Under the pieces are notes generated by a model. It made no database searches. It had not been told where the DNA came from and saw only the letters and a list, made by a program, of their open reading frames with translations. The position numbers and the translations under genes were made by a program. DNA of 63,158 bases, counting the filler. It is 5 parts of 5 records of this genome, joined end to end, with 100 filler letters (N's around TTAATTAATTAA, not from the genome) between each part and the next. Parts side by side here need not be neighbours in the genome. Positions count along the whole stretch, not along the records: positions 1 to 14,684 come from SRR31156797_17578; 4 more parts are not named here. One strand, written 5' to 3'. Below are positions 1-9,056 of the stretch, one piece after another; position 1 is the first letter of the stretch; every line of letters begins with the position of its first letter.

Positions 1-99
1 AAATTGAGACATGTCTCAATTTAAGACACTTTCTTATGAGGCACCGCATGCCGCAGCTTCTTTTGGGTGTGATGGTTATAGGTGTCTCAAATTGAGACG
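1..99. promoter_or_regulatory. Three TGTCTCA-N3-TGAGACA-type dyad sites, probable upstream activating sequences for a sigma54 enhancer-binding protein
   Basis: TGTCTCAATTTAAGACA 12-28, TGTCTCAAATTGAGACG 83-99, truncated half-site AAATTGAGACA 1-11; 130-220 bp upstream of a sigma54 promoter. Confidence 0.7.
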
Positions 100-231
100 G
101 AGGCGACAGGTGATGGTTACTGGTAAGTCGAAATTACAGATCCTAATAGTTAGTTTTTTATTCGCAAAATAGTAAGTATCTCATAGTGTTAACCGATTTA
201 TAATGAAGGTGGAGTATACATCTCGCAGCTC

Positions 232-247
232 TGGCACTCACTTTGCT
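232..247 (+). promoter_or_regulatory. sigma54 (-24/-12) promoter
   Basis: TGGCAC-TCACT-TTGCT, an exact GG-N10-GC consensus match. Confidence 0.85.
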
Positions 248-333
248 AAGCACCACTGAAAATATGGCACTGCCCTTATCGGTTGAGTGCTAAAAATATA
301 TCAACTGCCGGAAATTCGGCAAGGAGAGTGCTA

Positions 334-1455
334 GTGCAGACAGCGGATGTATTGGTCATCGGCGGTGGCATCACCGGATCTTCAACAGCTCTGGGGCTCG
401 TGCGTAAGGGAGCCGGCAAAGTGGTGCTCTTGGACGAACAGCTCAAAAGTCAGCGGCTATCACGTGGGAATTTTGGACTGACTTGGTTCATGTGCAAAGG
501 GGCTGGTTATCCCGGTTATTCTCTATGGTGTCGGAAGGCAGCCATTGCATGGCCTGACTATGCAAAAAAACTCGAAGCAGAGAGTGGATACAATATTGAA
601 TTAGACTGGACCGGAGGCGCAGTGCATGCCTTTGGACAGGATGAACTGGATGGATTTGCACGATCTGTAGAAACCATCCGGGAAGGATGCAGCAGCAAAG
701 GCATTGATTATCCTGTGGAAGTTCTGGACAGGCAGCAGTTCGCTGAATTGATGCCTAAAATGACTCTGGGCGAAGATGTTGCCGGCGGTATGTATACCAA
801 AGAACAGGGACATGTGAACCCCCTGAGGCTCCTTGGAGCGGTTAGAAGCTGCTTTCAAAAGCTGGGTGGAGTTTATCATGGAGCACAGGGAGCAAAAGAG
901 ATTCTTCCACAGCCTAATGGAACTGTTCTCGTTAAAACAACTTCAGAAACATATGAATGCCGGAAGCTCGTAATTGCTGCCGGACACGGTTCTGCCAGAC
1001 TGACGGCTGCTCTTGGTGAAAAGCTCAATATCTATCCTCAGCGGGGCCAGCTTATGGTTTCAGCCCGCTGCGAACGCAAACTTGATATTCCTCTGCTCGC
1101 CGTTCGCCAGACTCAGGATGGTACGTACTTGCTCGGTTTATCTACTGAGAACACCGCTTTAGATGCCGGAGTTACTGCTGAGGCTATGAAATCGCAAGCC
1201 GCCAACGCGGTGCGTATTTTCCCGGAGCTGGCAAATCTTAATTGGGTTAGAGGCTGGGGAGCTATCCGCGTTATGACACCGGATGGAGGTCCCATATACA
1301 GCAAGATTCCTGGACATGAAAATATCAGCGTCCTTGCTTTGCATTCCGGGATTTCTCTGGCTCCCCTGCATACTGAGGTTATAGCGCCTTGGATCTTAGG
1401 GGAGACAACCGATAACCAAGTATCAGAATTTTCAAACGGACGGTTCCATGCTTAA
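334..1455 (+). CDS. FAD-dependent oxidoreductase, DAO family (HcnC/opine oxidase B/D-amino acid dehydrogenase beta-like subunit)
   Basis: N-terminal VIGGGITG FAD motif, SRGNFGL motif, WGAIRVMTPDG; GTG at 334 follows AGGAG. Confidence 0.85.
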   Translation: MQTADVLVIGGGITGSSTALGLVRKGAGKVVLLDEQLKSQRLSRGNFGLTWFMCKGAGYPGYSLWCRKAAIAWPDYAKKLEAESGYNIELDWTGGAVHAFGQDELDGFARSVETIREGCSSKGIDYPVEVLDRQQFAELMPKMTLGEDVAGGMYTKEQGHVNPLRLLGAVRSCFQKLGGVYHGAQGAKEILPQPNGTVLVKTTSETYECRKLVIAAGHGSARLTAALGEKLNIYPQRGQLMVSARCERKLDIPLLAVRQTQDGTYLLGLSTENTALDAGVTAEAMKSQAANAVRIFPELANLNWVRGWGAIRVMTPDGGPIYSKIPGHENISVLALHSGISLAPLHTEVIAPWILGETTDNQVSEFSNGRFHA

Positions 1456-1768
1456 AGATTCCACAACAGCCACCACTGAATTCAAACTGGACCAGGATCC
1501 AACTGAAACAGTCTCCGTTCTGCTGGACGGAAAGACTGTTGAACTTCCCAAGGGTGTCAGTATTGCCGCAGGGCTTTTAAGTATCGGTGAAATTATTTCC
1601 CGGATTTCTCCCTCAGCCCATAAACCTCGTTCCCCCCATTGTCTGATGGGCGTTTGCTATGAATGTTTGATGGAGATCAACGGTGTGGAGCGCCAAGCAT
1701 GCATGACAGATCCCGAAGAAGGTATGGTCATCAACCGCCATCTAAATTCCAAAGGAGAAGACGCATGA
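1448..1768 (+). CDS. [2Fe-2S] small subunit (HcnA-like, Fer2_4)
   Basis: CLMGVCYECL...RQACMT cysteine pattern; overlaps the upstream stop. Confidence 0.85.
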   Translation: MLKDSTTATTEFKLDQDPTETVSVLLDGKTVELPKGVSIAAGLLSIGEIISRISPSAHKPRSPHCLMGVCYECLMEINGVERQACMTDPEEGMVINRHLNSKGEDA

Positions 1769-3189
1769 GCCGTCACTATGATGTTATAGTTATCGGCACC
1801 GGACCTGCCGGTCTGAGTGCTGCTACCCAGCTGACCAAGATGGGACTGAATGTTGTAGCTCTGGATGAACAGCAGCGCCCTGGAGGCCAGATTTACCGGA
1901 ATGTAGAAGGAGCTGGAGATGCTCGTTTGAATCTTTTCGGTCCCGACTACAGTGTGGGCCTTGATCTGGTAAATGAATTCAGGGAAGCCGGTGTTAATTA
2001 TGAAGGCGGGGCTTCGGTTTGGCAGGTAGAGGCAGATGGTCGTGTTTGCTATTCAAAAGACGGGGAGTCCTGCAGGATATCCGCTAACTATATTATCTCT
2101 GCCACAGGTGCCATGGAGCGTCCTGTGCCTATCGATGGTTGGACTCTTCCGGGAGTAATGGGCGCCGGTGCAGCAAATAATCTGGCTAAAGAAGCCGGAC
2201 TTACCCCTGCCGGGAAAGTTGTTTTGGCAGGTAGTGGCCCTCTTTTACTCCTCGAAGCTTCAATGCTTTTGAAGAAAGGAGTGGAAATAGCTGCTATTCT
2301 TGAAACAACAGACTTTATTCCTCCTGTAGATTCCGCAACTAAACTCCCCAAAGCCCTCATGGGTTGGAAGTTGCTGTACAAAGGAACAGCCATGCTTCTG
2401 GAGCTCCAGAAAGCCGGCATTCCTCATTACCGTGGTGTCCGCAATATTCGTGCTTTGGGAACCGATGCACTGAGTGGAGTGGAAGCTACGGTAAAGGGAA
2501 AAGATTTGGCATTTGACGCTGACCTGTTGCTGCTTCATTTTGGTGTTATCCCCAACACCCATATTTTCAGGCAGGCGGGTTGCCAGATGGTCTGGGATAA
2601 AAAGCTCAGGTATTGGTACCCCTCCTGTGACAGTTGGGGGCGCACCAATTTTGAAAAAATATTTGCAGCCGGGGACGGCAGCCGGGTCCACGGTGCTGTC
2701 GCAGCCCGCCACAAGGGAACTTTGGCTGCCTTGGAAATTGCCTGTTGCCTGGGTATGATTCCTGAGTCAGAAAGAGATGCCCTCGCCGAGCCTGTTCGTA
2801 AAGCCATGAGACAGGATAATTTCCCCCGACCTTTCATTGATGCTGTTTATGCACCGAATCCTTCACATTTTGAATATGAAAATAATACAGTGCTTTGTAG
2901 GTGCGAGAATGTCACCGTTGGAGACGTCCGCAAAGTTCTGGATGAAGGAGTTCGTGATTTAAATGAGGTGAAAAGTATCACCCGTTGCGGCATGGGACCT
3001 TGTCAGGGGCGGATGTGCGGACCGGCTCTGGCTGAAATTGTAGGAGATTATCTCTCCATTGAGCCGGACCGGACAGGTCTTTTGACCGTGCGCCCCCCTC
3101 TGAAACCAATTCCTTTGGCCGAAGTTGCTTCAATGGATTTGGGTGATGAGGGCACAGACGGTGGAAACTGGTTACTGGACAAGAAGTAG
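1765..3189 (+). CDS. NAD(P)/FAD oxidoreductase with C-terminal BFD-like [2Fe-2S] (HcnB/opine oxidase A-like)
   Basis: GTGPAGL, ATGAMERP, AAGDG, CRCE...CGMGPCQGRMC; ATGA overlap at 1765. Confidence 0.85.
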   Translation: MSRHYDVIVIGTGPAGLSAATQLTKMGLNVVALDEQQRPGGQIYRNVEGAGDARLNLFGPDYSVGLDLVNEFREAGVNYEGGASVWQVEADGRVCYSKDGESCRISANYIISATGAMERPVPIDGWTLPGVMGAGAANNLAKEAGLTPAGKVVLAGSGPLLLLEASMLLKKGVEIAAILETTDFIPPVDSATKLPKALMGWKLLYKGTAMLLELQKAGIPHYRGVRNIRALGTDALSGVEATVKGKDLAFDADLLLLHFGVIPNTHIFRQAGCQMVWDKKLRYWYPSCDSWGRTNFEKIFAAGDGSRVHGAVAARHKGTLAALEIACCLGMIPESERDALAEPVRKAMRQDNFPRPFIDAVYAPNPSHFEYENNTVLCRCENVTVGDVRKVLDEGVRDLNEVKSITRCGMGPCQGRMCGPALAEIVGDYLSIEPDRTGLLTVRPPLKPIPLAEVASMDLGDEGTDGGNWLLDKK

Positions 3190-3246
3190 TTAGGAAGGCT
3201 TTTTAACGTCCCGATATAAATAAAGTTAACATTATAAGGAGTTAGG

Positions 3247-3600
3247 ATGAGTATTACAAGGATGGAGACAGCACAGCGCATGAGTCGGATCGTAGTACAC
3301 AATGATACCGTGTACCTATGTGGACAGGTCGCGAACAACACTGATGAACCTATTGGCCCCCAGACTGAAAGTATGTTGGCTAAGGTGGATGCTCTTTTAG
3401 AACAGGCCGGCAGCAGCAGGGAGCATATACTTTCTGCCACTGTTTATGTGCGCGATATGAAGGACTTCGCTGGAATGAACGCAGTATGGGATAACTGGGT
3501 TCCAGAGGGACATGCTCCTGCAAGGGCCTGTGTTGAAGCCCGTATGGCCCGCCCTGAGATTTTAGTGGAGGTTTCCGTGGTGGCGGCATTAAAGCCGTAA
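3247..3600 (+). CDS. RidA/YoaB-family imine/enamine deaminase
   Basis: [21 protein letters not shown] (catalytic Arg), LVEV. Confidence 0.9.
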   Translation: MSITRMETAQRMSRIVVHNDTVYLCGQVANNTDEPIGPQTESMLAKVDALLEQAGSSREHILSATVYVRDMKDFAGMNAVWDNWVPEGHAPARACVEARMARPEILVEVSVVAALKP

Positions 3601-3625
3601 ACGATTTTCATTAAGGAGGATCTGC

Positions 3626-4123
3626 ATGGAAAAATTCTTTAAATATGCGCTGGCCGTCCTCATGAGCTGTGTTGCTCTGCTTGAGTTCTATCAGGTTATC
3701 ATGCGCTATATCTTTGAATTGCCGGTGATGGGGCTGGATGAACTTCTGGTCTACCCCACCCTTTGGCTCTATTTCATGGGCAGTGTGAATGCCTGTCGGG
3801 AAGACACACAGATTAAAGCCAATGTTTTGGACATCTTCATGAAAACTGAGATCGGCAAACTGCGCGTTAGAGTCGTGGCCGACATCATGTCCTTGGTTGT
3901 CTCATCCTGGCTAACTTGGTGGGCCTGGGACTATTTTCTCTATGCATTGAAGATATGGAAGGAAAGCCCGACTCTTTATATTCCCACTTTCTGGGCTGAG
4001 TGTGCCTTTTTCATCGGCATGATGCTGATGACTTCTTATGTTCTCTGGCACCTAATCAAGAACATCCGCCGCCTCATGTTGGCAGTAGGTGAACCGGCAG
4101 TTGCCGCTAAGGTAGGAGTATAA
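3626..4123 (+). CDS. dctQ: TRAP transporter small permease
   Basis: 4 TM segments, QVIMRY motif, ESPTL; adjacent to dctM. Confidence 0.85.
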   Translation: MEKFFKYALAVLMSCVALLEFYQVIMRYIFELPVMGLDELLVYPTLWLYFMGSVNACREDTQIKANVLDIFMKTEIGKLRVRVVADIMSLVVSSWLTWWAWDYFLYALKIWKESPTLYIPTFWAECAFFIGMMLMTSYVLWHLIKNIRRLMLAVGEPAVAAKVGV

Positions 4124-4124
4124 C

Positions 4125-5429
4125 ATGGATATTGTTACCGTATCCTTCATAGCTCTGGGCGTATTGGTGCTGATGCTCAGCTTCGGCGTGCCACTTCCAT
4201 TCTGTTTTGGCGGTGCTCTCATGGTTATGGTTTTTGTGGGCGACGCCACCATGAACGGCACAATGGTCTGGGGATACAGCCAGCTGGCTAACCCGGTATT
4301 GCTATGTATCCCACTATTTGTCTTTGCAGGGACATTGATGAGTGAAAGTGGCATAGCCGAGAGTCTGCTGCGATTCGTCAACGTTTTCGTTGGGCGTATC
4401 CGGGGTGGGCTTGGTGTGGTCGCAAGTGTCAGCTGTGCTTTGATCGGTGCTATTTCCGGTAGTGGACTTACCGGCGTGGCTGCGACCGGTCCCATCCTTA
4501 TTCCTGAAATGGCCTCCAAGGGTTATCCCCGGGGATATGCAACAGCACTCGTGGCGAACTCTTCAATTCTTGGACTGCTTATCCCGCCAAGTGTAACCAT
4601 GATCATCTACGGCTGGGTAACAGATACTTCTATTCTGGCCTGTTTTCTCGCAACCATGGGACCGGGGATACTTATCACTTGTCTGTTTTGCGTAGTTAAC
4701 ATGGTGCTTGCCCGTAAGTTTCCCTTGATTCTGGATCCACCGCAGCCTGTACAGGAAACAGCCCGTGAAGCCGTTTCCATGACCTCCAGGGCACTACCTG
4801 CGCTGATTATGCCCCTGATTATCCTTGGCGGTATTTACGGCGGTATCATGACACCGACCGAGGCTGCGGCTGTTGCTGTGATTTATGCAATTCCGGTTGG
4901 CCTTATGGTCTACAAGGGGCTCACCTTCAAGACATTTATTACGGCTGCCAAGTCTTCTGCCACTGCTGTTGGTGCCATCATGGTCATGATTGTTTTCAGC
5001 CTGATGCTCAGCCAGATCTTCGTAATGGAAGATGTACCGCAGGCTCTGGTGGAAGGAGTCTTCACTATCACTCAGAATAAAGTGATTCTGCTGATTCTGA
5101 TCAACTTCCTGCTCTTCTTTGTGGGGATGATCGTTAACGATATTACCTCGATCATTCTGCTCGCCCCCTTGCTGTTGCCTTTGATGCAAGCCATCGGAAT
5201 TTCTCCGGTGCAGTTTGCTGCAATTATGGGTGTAAACACAGCGATGGGCGGGGTTACTCCTCCGTATGCCAGTATTCTTTATTTGAGTATGCGAATCGGG
5301 AAAGCAGAATTTTCCGAAGTAATAAAACCTGCCATGATTCTTATTATCTTCGGATATGTGCCAGTGGTCTTTTTAACTTCTCTATGGCCTAACCTCTCCC
5401 TCTTTTTCCCGGGATTGTTTGGCTATTAA
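4125..5429 (+). CDS. dctM: TRAP transporter large permease
   Basis: IPLFVFAG, ISGSG, LIPPS, TPTEAA, TPP motifs. Confidence 0.92.
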   Translation: MDIVTVSFIALGVLVLMLSFGVPLPFCFGGALMVMVFVGDATMNGTMVWGYSQLANPVLLCIPLFVFAGTLMSESGIAESLLRFVNVFVGRIRGGLGVVASVSCALIGAISGSGLTGVAATGPILIPEMASKGYPRGYATALVANSSILGLLIPPSVTMIIYGWVTDTSILACFLATMGPGILITCLFCVVNMVLARKFPLILDPPQPVQETAREAVSMTSRALPALIMPLIILGGIYGGIMTPTEAAAVAVIYAIPVGLMVYKGLTFKTFITAAKSSATAVGAIMVMIVFSLMLSQIFVMEDVPQALVEGVFTITQNKVILLILINFLLFFVGMIVNDITSIILLAPLLLPLMQAIGISPVQFAAIMGVNTAMGGVTPPYASILYLSMRIGKAEFSEVIKPAMILIIFGYVPVVFLTSLWPNLSLFFPGLFGY

Positions 5430-5570
5430 GAATAAGGAAATGAAGAAAGGGGCGTGAAGGAACAATATTTTAAAATTAGCAGAAATTAACAAATCAGATG
5501 CGGGTTTGTTTTTAAAATAGATTCTTCACATGGATTGGAAATAACGGACTTTTTACTAAGGAGTAAGCAC

Positions 5571-6569
5571 ATGAAAATGCGCACAGTTTACGGGTTGATG
5601 ATCCTTCTGGGGTGTATGGTCTTTCTGGCAGGCACCGCTCAGGCAAGAACTTGGAAAATATCTCACGTCCGGCCTCAGGGCACTGCTATTGATGAAGACC
5701 TTCGTTGGTTCTCTACAAATCTTAAAGAAGTATCCGGGGGAAAATTAAAAACCAAGGTTTATCCTGCCTCTGCTCTTGGAGATTACACCGTCGTTCAGGA
5801 AAGAGTAAGCCTCGGTGCCGTAGATATGGCCTGTCAGCCTCCGTCCTCCGCTGCTGACAAAAGGTTTCAGCTTCCTTACTTTCCCTACATGATCAAGAAC
5901 TGGGATCATGCTCGCAAGAATTACAGTGCCGGTGCTCCCATGCGTGAAACTGTTGCCGGACTTTACGCTGAGCAGGGGATTCATTTGCTGGCAGTCTGGC
6001 CGGTATATTTTGGCGGTATTTCTCTGAACACAACACCTGTCAAACCGGGTGATCCTAATGCTGCAAAAGGCATCAAACTGAGAGTTCCTCCGATGAAAAC
6101 TTTTCAGATGATGGCTGACAATATCGGCTACCTTGGAACTCCCATTCCTTTTTCCGATGCTTTTACCGCAGTTCAGACCGGTGTTGTTGATGGCGTAATC
6201 GGTTCCGGTGCTGAAGGGTACTACTCCTCTTTCAGGGACGTGACCAAGTTCTACATTCCGGCTAACACCCATTTCGAAGTCTGGTATCTTATAATGAACC
6301 AGAATACCTACGACAAACTTTCTGATGAAAAAAAGCAGGCACTTGATAAGACTGCTGCTGAATTCGAAAACCGTCGCTGGGCAACTGCTGAGGATGACCA
6401 GAAAGCCAACGAGCAGAAACTTGTTGATTACGGTGCAACCATTGTAGAATTTTCTAATGCGGATATCACTAGAACTGCTGAAAAAATTCAGAAAGTGGTT
6501 TGGCCCGAAATTCTTAATGACGTCGGCAAAGAATGGGGGCAGGGTGTTCTTGACCGTTTGATTAAATAA
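5571..6569 (+). CDS. dctP: TRAP substrate-binding protein
   Basis: Signal peptide (AQA), KGIKLRVP, AVQTGVVDG; ATG at 5571 follows AGGAG. Confidence 0.9.
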   Translation: MKMRTVYGLMILLGCMVFLAGTAQARTWKISHVRPQGTAIDEDLRWFSTNLKEVSGGKLKTKVYPASALGDYTVVQERVSLGAVDMACQPPSSAADKRFQLPYFPYMIKNWDHARKNYSAGAPMRETVAGLYAEQGIHLLAVWPVYFGGISLNTTPVKPGDPNAAKGIKLRVPPMKTFQMMADNIGYLGTPIPFSDAFTAVQTGVVDGVIGSGAEGYYSSFRDVTKFYIPANTHFEVWYLIMNQNTYDKLSDEKKQALDKTAAEFENRRWATAEDDQKANEQKLVDYGATIVEFSNADITRTAEKIQKVVWPEILNDVGKEWGQGVLDRLIK

Positions 6570-6614
6570 TATCCCTTGCCTTCGGCGTGTTAACGCAGCT
6601 TTACCAAAACAATT

Positions 6615-6647
6615 CTGGCCTGGTGAAATATTCACCGGGCCAGTTTT
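6615..6647 (+). terminator. Intrinsic terminator after dctP
   Basis: CTGGCCTGGTGAA-ATA-TTCACCGGGCCAG-TTTT. Confidence 0.7.
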
Positions 6648-6662
6648 AAATTCTGATCGCCC

Positions 6663-7928
6663 ATGATTACCTATTTGCAACGCTATACCGGATGGATCAT
6701 CCTCGCCACCCTTCTTTTTTTCATAATTAGCAGCTTAAGCTCCTCGTCCGTTCTAGTTGTTGCCATACTGGCTTGGCTGGTGGTCATTGTTGAATGGAAC
6801 AGGCTTCACTCTGGGGCCCGCAGACAAGCATCACTTCTTTTGTCTGGCGGAGTTGCTGCATTGCTCTTCTCTTATCATCACGGAATCTTTTTGGGTTGGG
6901 AAAAAATAGTAACTCAGAATCTGCAATTACTGCCGATGTTTATAGCAGTATCTTTTTTGGGGCTGACCAATCCCACCGCCCAGAGTGACAATCTGCCTAA
7001 AGGTAAGTTGGCTATGGTTACCACTGCGTTCGGAACCAATCTACTTGGGGCAGTCATTAATCTTTCTATTCTGTTTGTTTTTGGGGATAGGTTGGCACGT
7101 AATAATACCTTAACCAGAGCGCAAGCTATCCTTCTTGGTCGCTCATTTTGTGCGGCAGCATGGTGGTCGCCTTTTTTCCTGTCAGCCGGGGTTGCCCTTA
7201 CCTATGCACCCGAGATGCTCTATTCCCGAACAGTGATTCCGGGGCTATTTCTTTGCGGAATTGCTATTTGTTACTCAATTATAGAGGTCGGGTTTATCCG
7301 TAAAATCGAATTTTCCGGCTATCCAGTACGGGGGGAAAGTCTGACTGTTCCTTTGCTGCTCGCAGTTGGAGTTTTTCTCGGGCATCATTATTTTCCTGAG
7401 TTAGGTATGATTCTGTTGATCTGCCTTGTTGCCCCCCCTGCTGCGATTCTCCTGATGCGTAATAGACCTAGACTGCCCCATTTATACGACTTTGTTCGTT
7501 ACCGGATAACCTCCGCTGTCAGCCAATTTGCTCTCTTCCTTACAGCCGGAGTATTTTCAATCGGTGTGACCTCAATTATTCAAGTATACCCGGAAATATT
7601 CAATTTCGCAGGAAGAGCATTTACCAACTCCCTATTTGCGATGATTTCAGCACTGCTTATAGCTCTGGGGCTTATCGGCTTACATCCTCTGGTGGGAATA
7701 TCCATAGTCAGCCCTCTGTTGTTGCCTCTGCAACCGGATCATTCGCAGCTTGCTTTTCTTTTCCTCACTTGCTGGGCTGTCTCAACTGGCAGCAGTCCGC
7801 TCTCCGGAGTCGGGCTTGTATTGTGCAGCCGCTATCGCATTCCCGCACGGTCAATATTGGCTGACAATTTCTATTATGCCATAGCCATGTGGCTGTGTGC
7901 CAATTTGGTCAACATGTTTTATTTTTAG
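6663..7928 (+). CDS. Multi-pass membrane protein, putative permease
   Basis: About 12 hydrophobic segments, WWSPFF motif. Confidence 0.7.
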   Translation: MITYLQRYTGWIILATLLFFIISSLSSSSVLVVAILAWLVVIVEWNRLHSGARRQASLLLSGGVAALLFSYHHGIFLGWEKIVTQNLQLLPMFIAVSFLGLTNPTAQSDNLPKGKLAMVTTAFGTNLLGAVINLSILFVFGDRLARNNTLTRAQAILLGRSFCAAAWWSPFFLSAGVALTYAPEMLYSRTVIPGLFLCGIAICYSIIEVGFIRKIEFSGYPVRGESLTVPLLLAVGVFLGHHYFPELGMILLICLVAPPAAILLMRNRPRLPHLYDFVRYRITSAVSQFALFLTAGVFSIGVTSIIQVYPEIFNFAGRAFTNSLFAMISALLIALGLIGLHPLVGISIVSPLLLPLQPDHSQLAFLFLTCWAVSTGSSPLSGVGLVLCSRYRIPARSILADNFYYAIAMWLCANLVNMFYF

Positions 7929-7968
7929 TCCATTTAGACTGTAAATATAGTCAAAAGTTGGAGTTTTT

Positions 7969-9048
7969 TTATGCTGTGGCACATTGTTCTTCAACGTCTA
8001 TACTGCTGTCAGCAGGAAAAAGGACAAGGTCTTCAACCTGTTGATATATCCCGATGCGTTGCCCAACTGCATGCTGATGATGACTGGGAACCAGTGAAAG
8101 AATCTGTTCACCATTATTAAGCTTGAGCTTGTAGAGAATGTTCGGTCCCCGGAATGTCTTTGAAATAATTTCTGCATTGTAAGGGCTGTCGTCATCATGG
8201 ATCACATCTTCGGGACGGATGAGCAGCTTTGCTTGAGCTCCGTTATCAAAATTAAGATTTGTGTCTGGTTGCATGGTTCCTAAAGCGCAATGTATGCTGC
8301 CGTTTTCGACGATGGATGCGTTGATGAACACTCCTTCACCCACAAAACCAGCTACTGTGGGATTGACCGGATGGTGATATATGGAATGGGGAGTGTCCCA
8401 TTGCTCCATGCTGCCACATGAAAGCACACCGACTTTATCAGCCATGGCAAAAGCTTCGTTCTGGTTGTGGGTCACCATAAGGGCTGTGATAGAACGGTCT
8501 TTCAAAATTTCCCTGATCTCAGTGGAAAGGGTTTCCCGCAGGGCTACATCCAGATTGGAAAAAGGTTCGTCCATGAGCAGCAATTTCGGCTCTGGTGCAA
8601 GGGCCCGTGCAAGGGCAACACGCTGCTGTTGTCCTCCTGAAAGTTCGTGGGGATATTTGTCTCCTGCTTCGTCGAGTTCCACTGTTTTCAAGAGTTCTTT
8701 AATCCGCTTGGCTTTTTCTACTGAGGGCATATTTTCTATGCCGAACCCGACATTTTCATTGATCGTAAGATGTGGGAAAAGCGCGTAGTCCTGAAATACC
8801 ATGCCTATGTTTCGTTTTTCCGGAGCAACGTTTTTTTTCCCTGCCACGCGTTTTCCGGCGATGGATATTGAACCTGCTGCAATATCTTCAAAGCCGGCTA
8901 TGGTTCTGAGCAGAGTGGTTTTGCCGCACCCGCTGGGGCCGAGCAGGCAGCCGATTTCCCCTTCTTCAAGGGAGAAAGTGACGTTTTTTACCGCATGGAA
9001 TTGATCGTAAAATTTATCTATATTTCTTACTTTAAGCAGAGCTGTCAT
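7969..9048 (-). CDS. fbpC: Fe(III) ABC transporter ATPase
   Basis: GPSGCGKT, FQDYALFPH, LSGGQQQR, DEPFS; TOBE-like C-terminus. Confidence 0.9.
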   Translation of the reverse strand: MTALLKVRNIDKFYDQFHAVKNVTFSLEEGEIGCLLGPSGCGKTTLLRTIAGFEDIAAGSISIAGKRVAGKKNVAPEKRNIGMVFQDYALFPHLTINENVGFGIENMPSVEKAKRIKELLKTVELDEAGDKYPHELSGGQQQRVALARALAPEPKLLLMDEPFSNLDVALRETLSTEIREILKDRSITALMVTHNQNEAFAMADKVGVLSCGSMEQWDTPHSIYHHPVNPTVAGFVGEGVFINASIVENGSIHCALGTMQPDTNLNFDNGAQAKLLIRPEDVIHDDDSPYNAEIISKTFRGPNILYKLKLNNGEQILSLVPSHHQHAVGQRIGIYQQVEDLVLFPADSSIDVEEQCATA

Positions 9049-9056
9049 GGTGGCTC

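Noticed and set aside
334-3189. Hydrogen cyanide synthase call
   Set aside because: The family also includes opine and D-amino acid dehydrogenases. The gene order (C-A-B) and the Rid/TRAP context favour catabolism.
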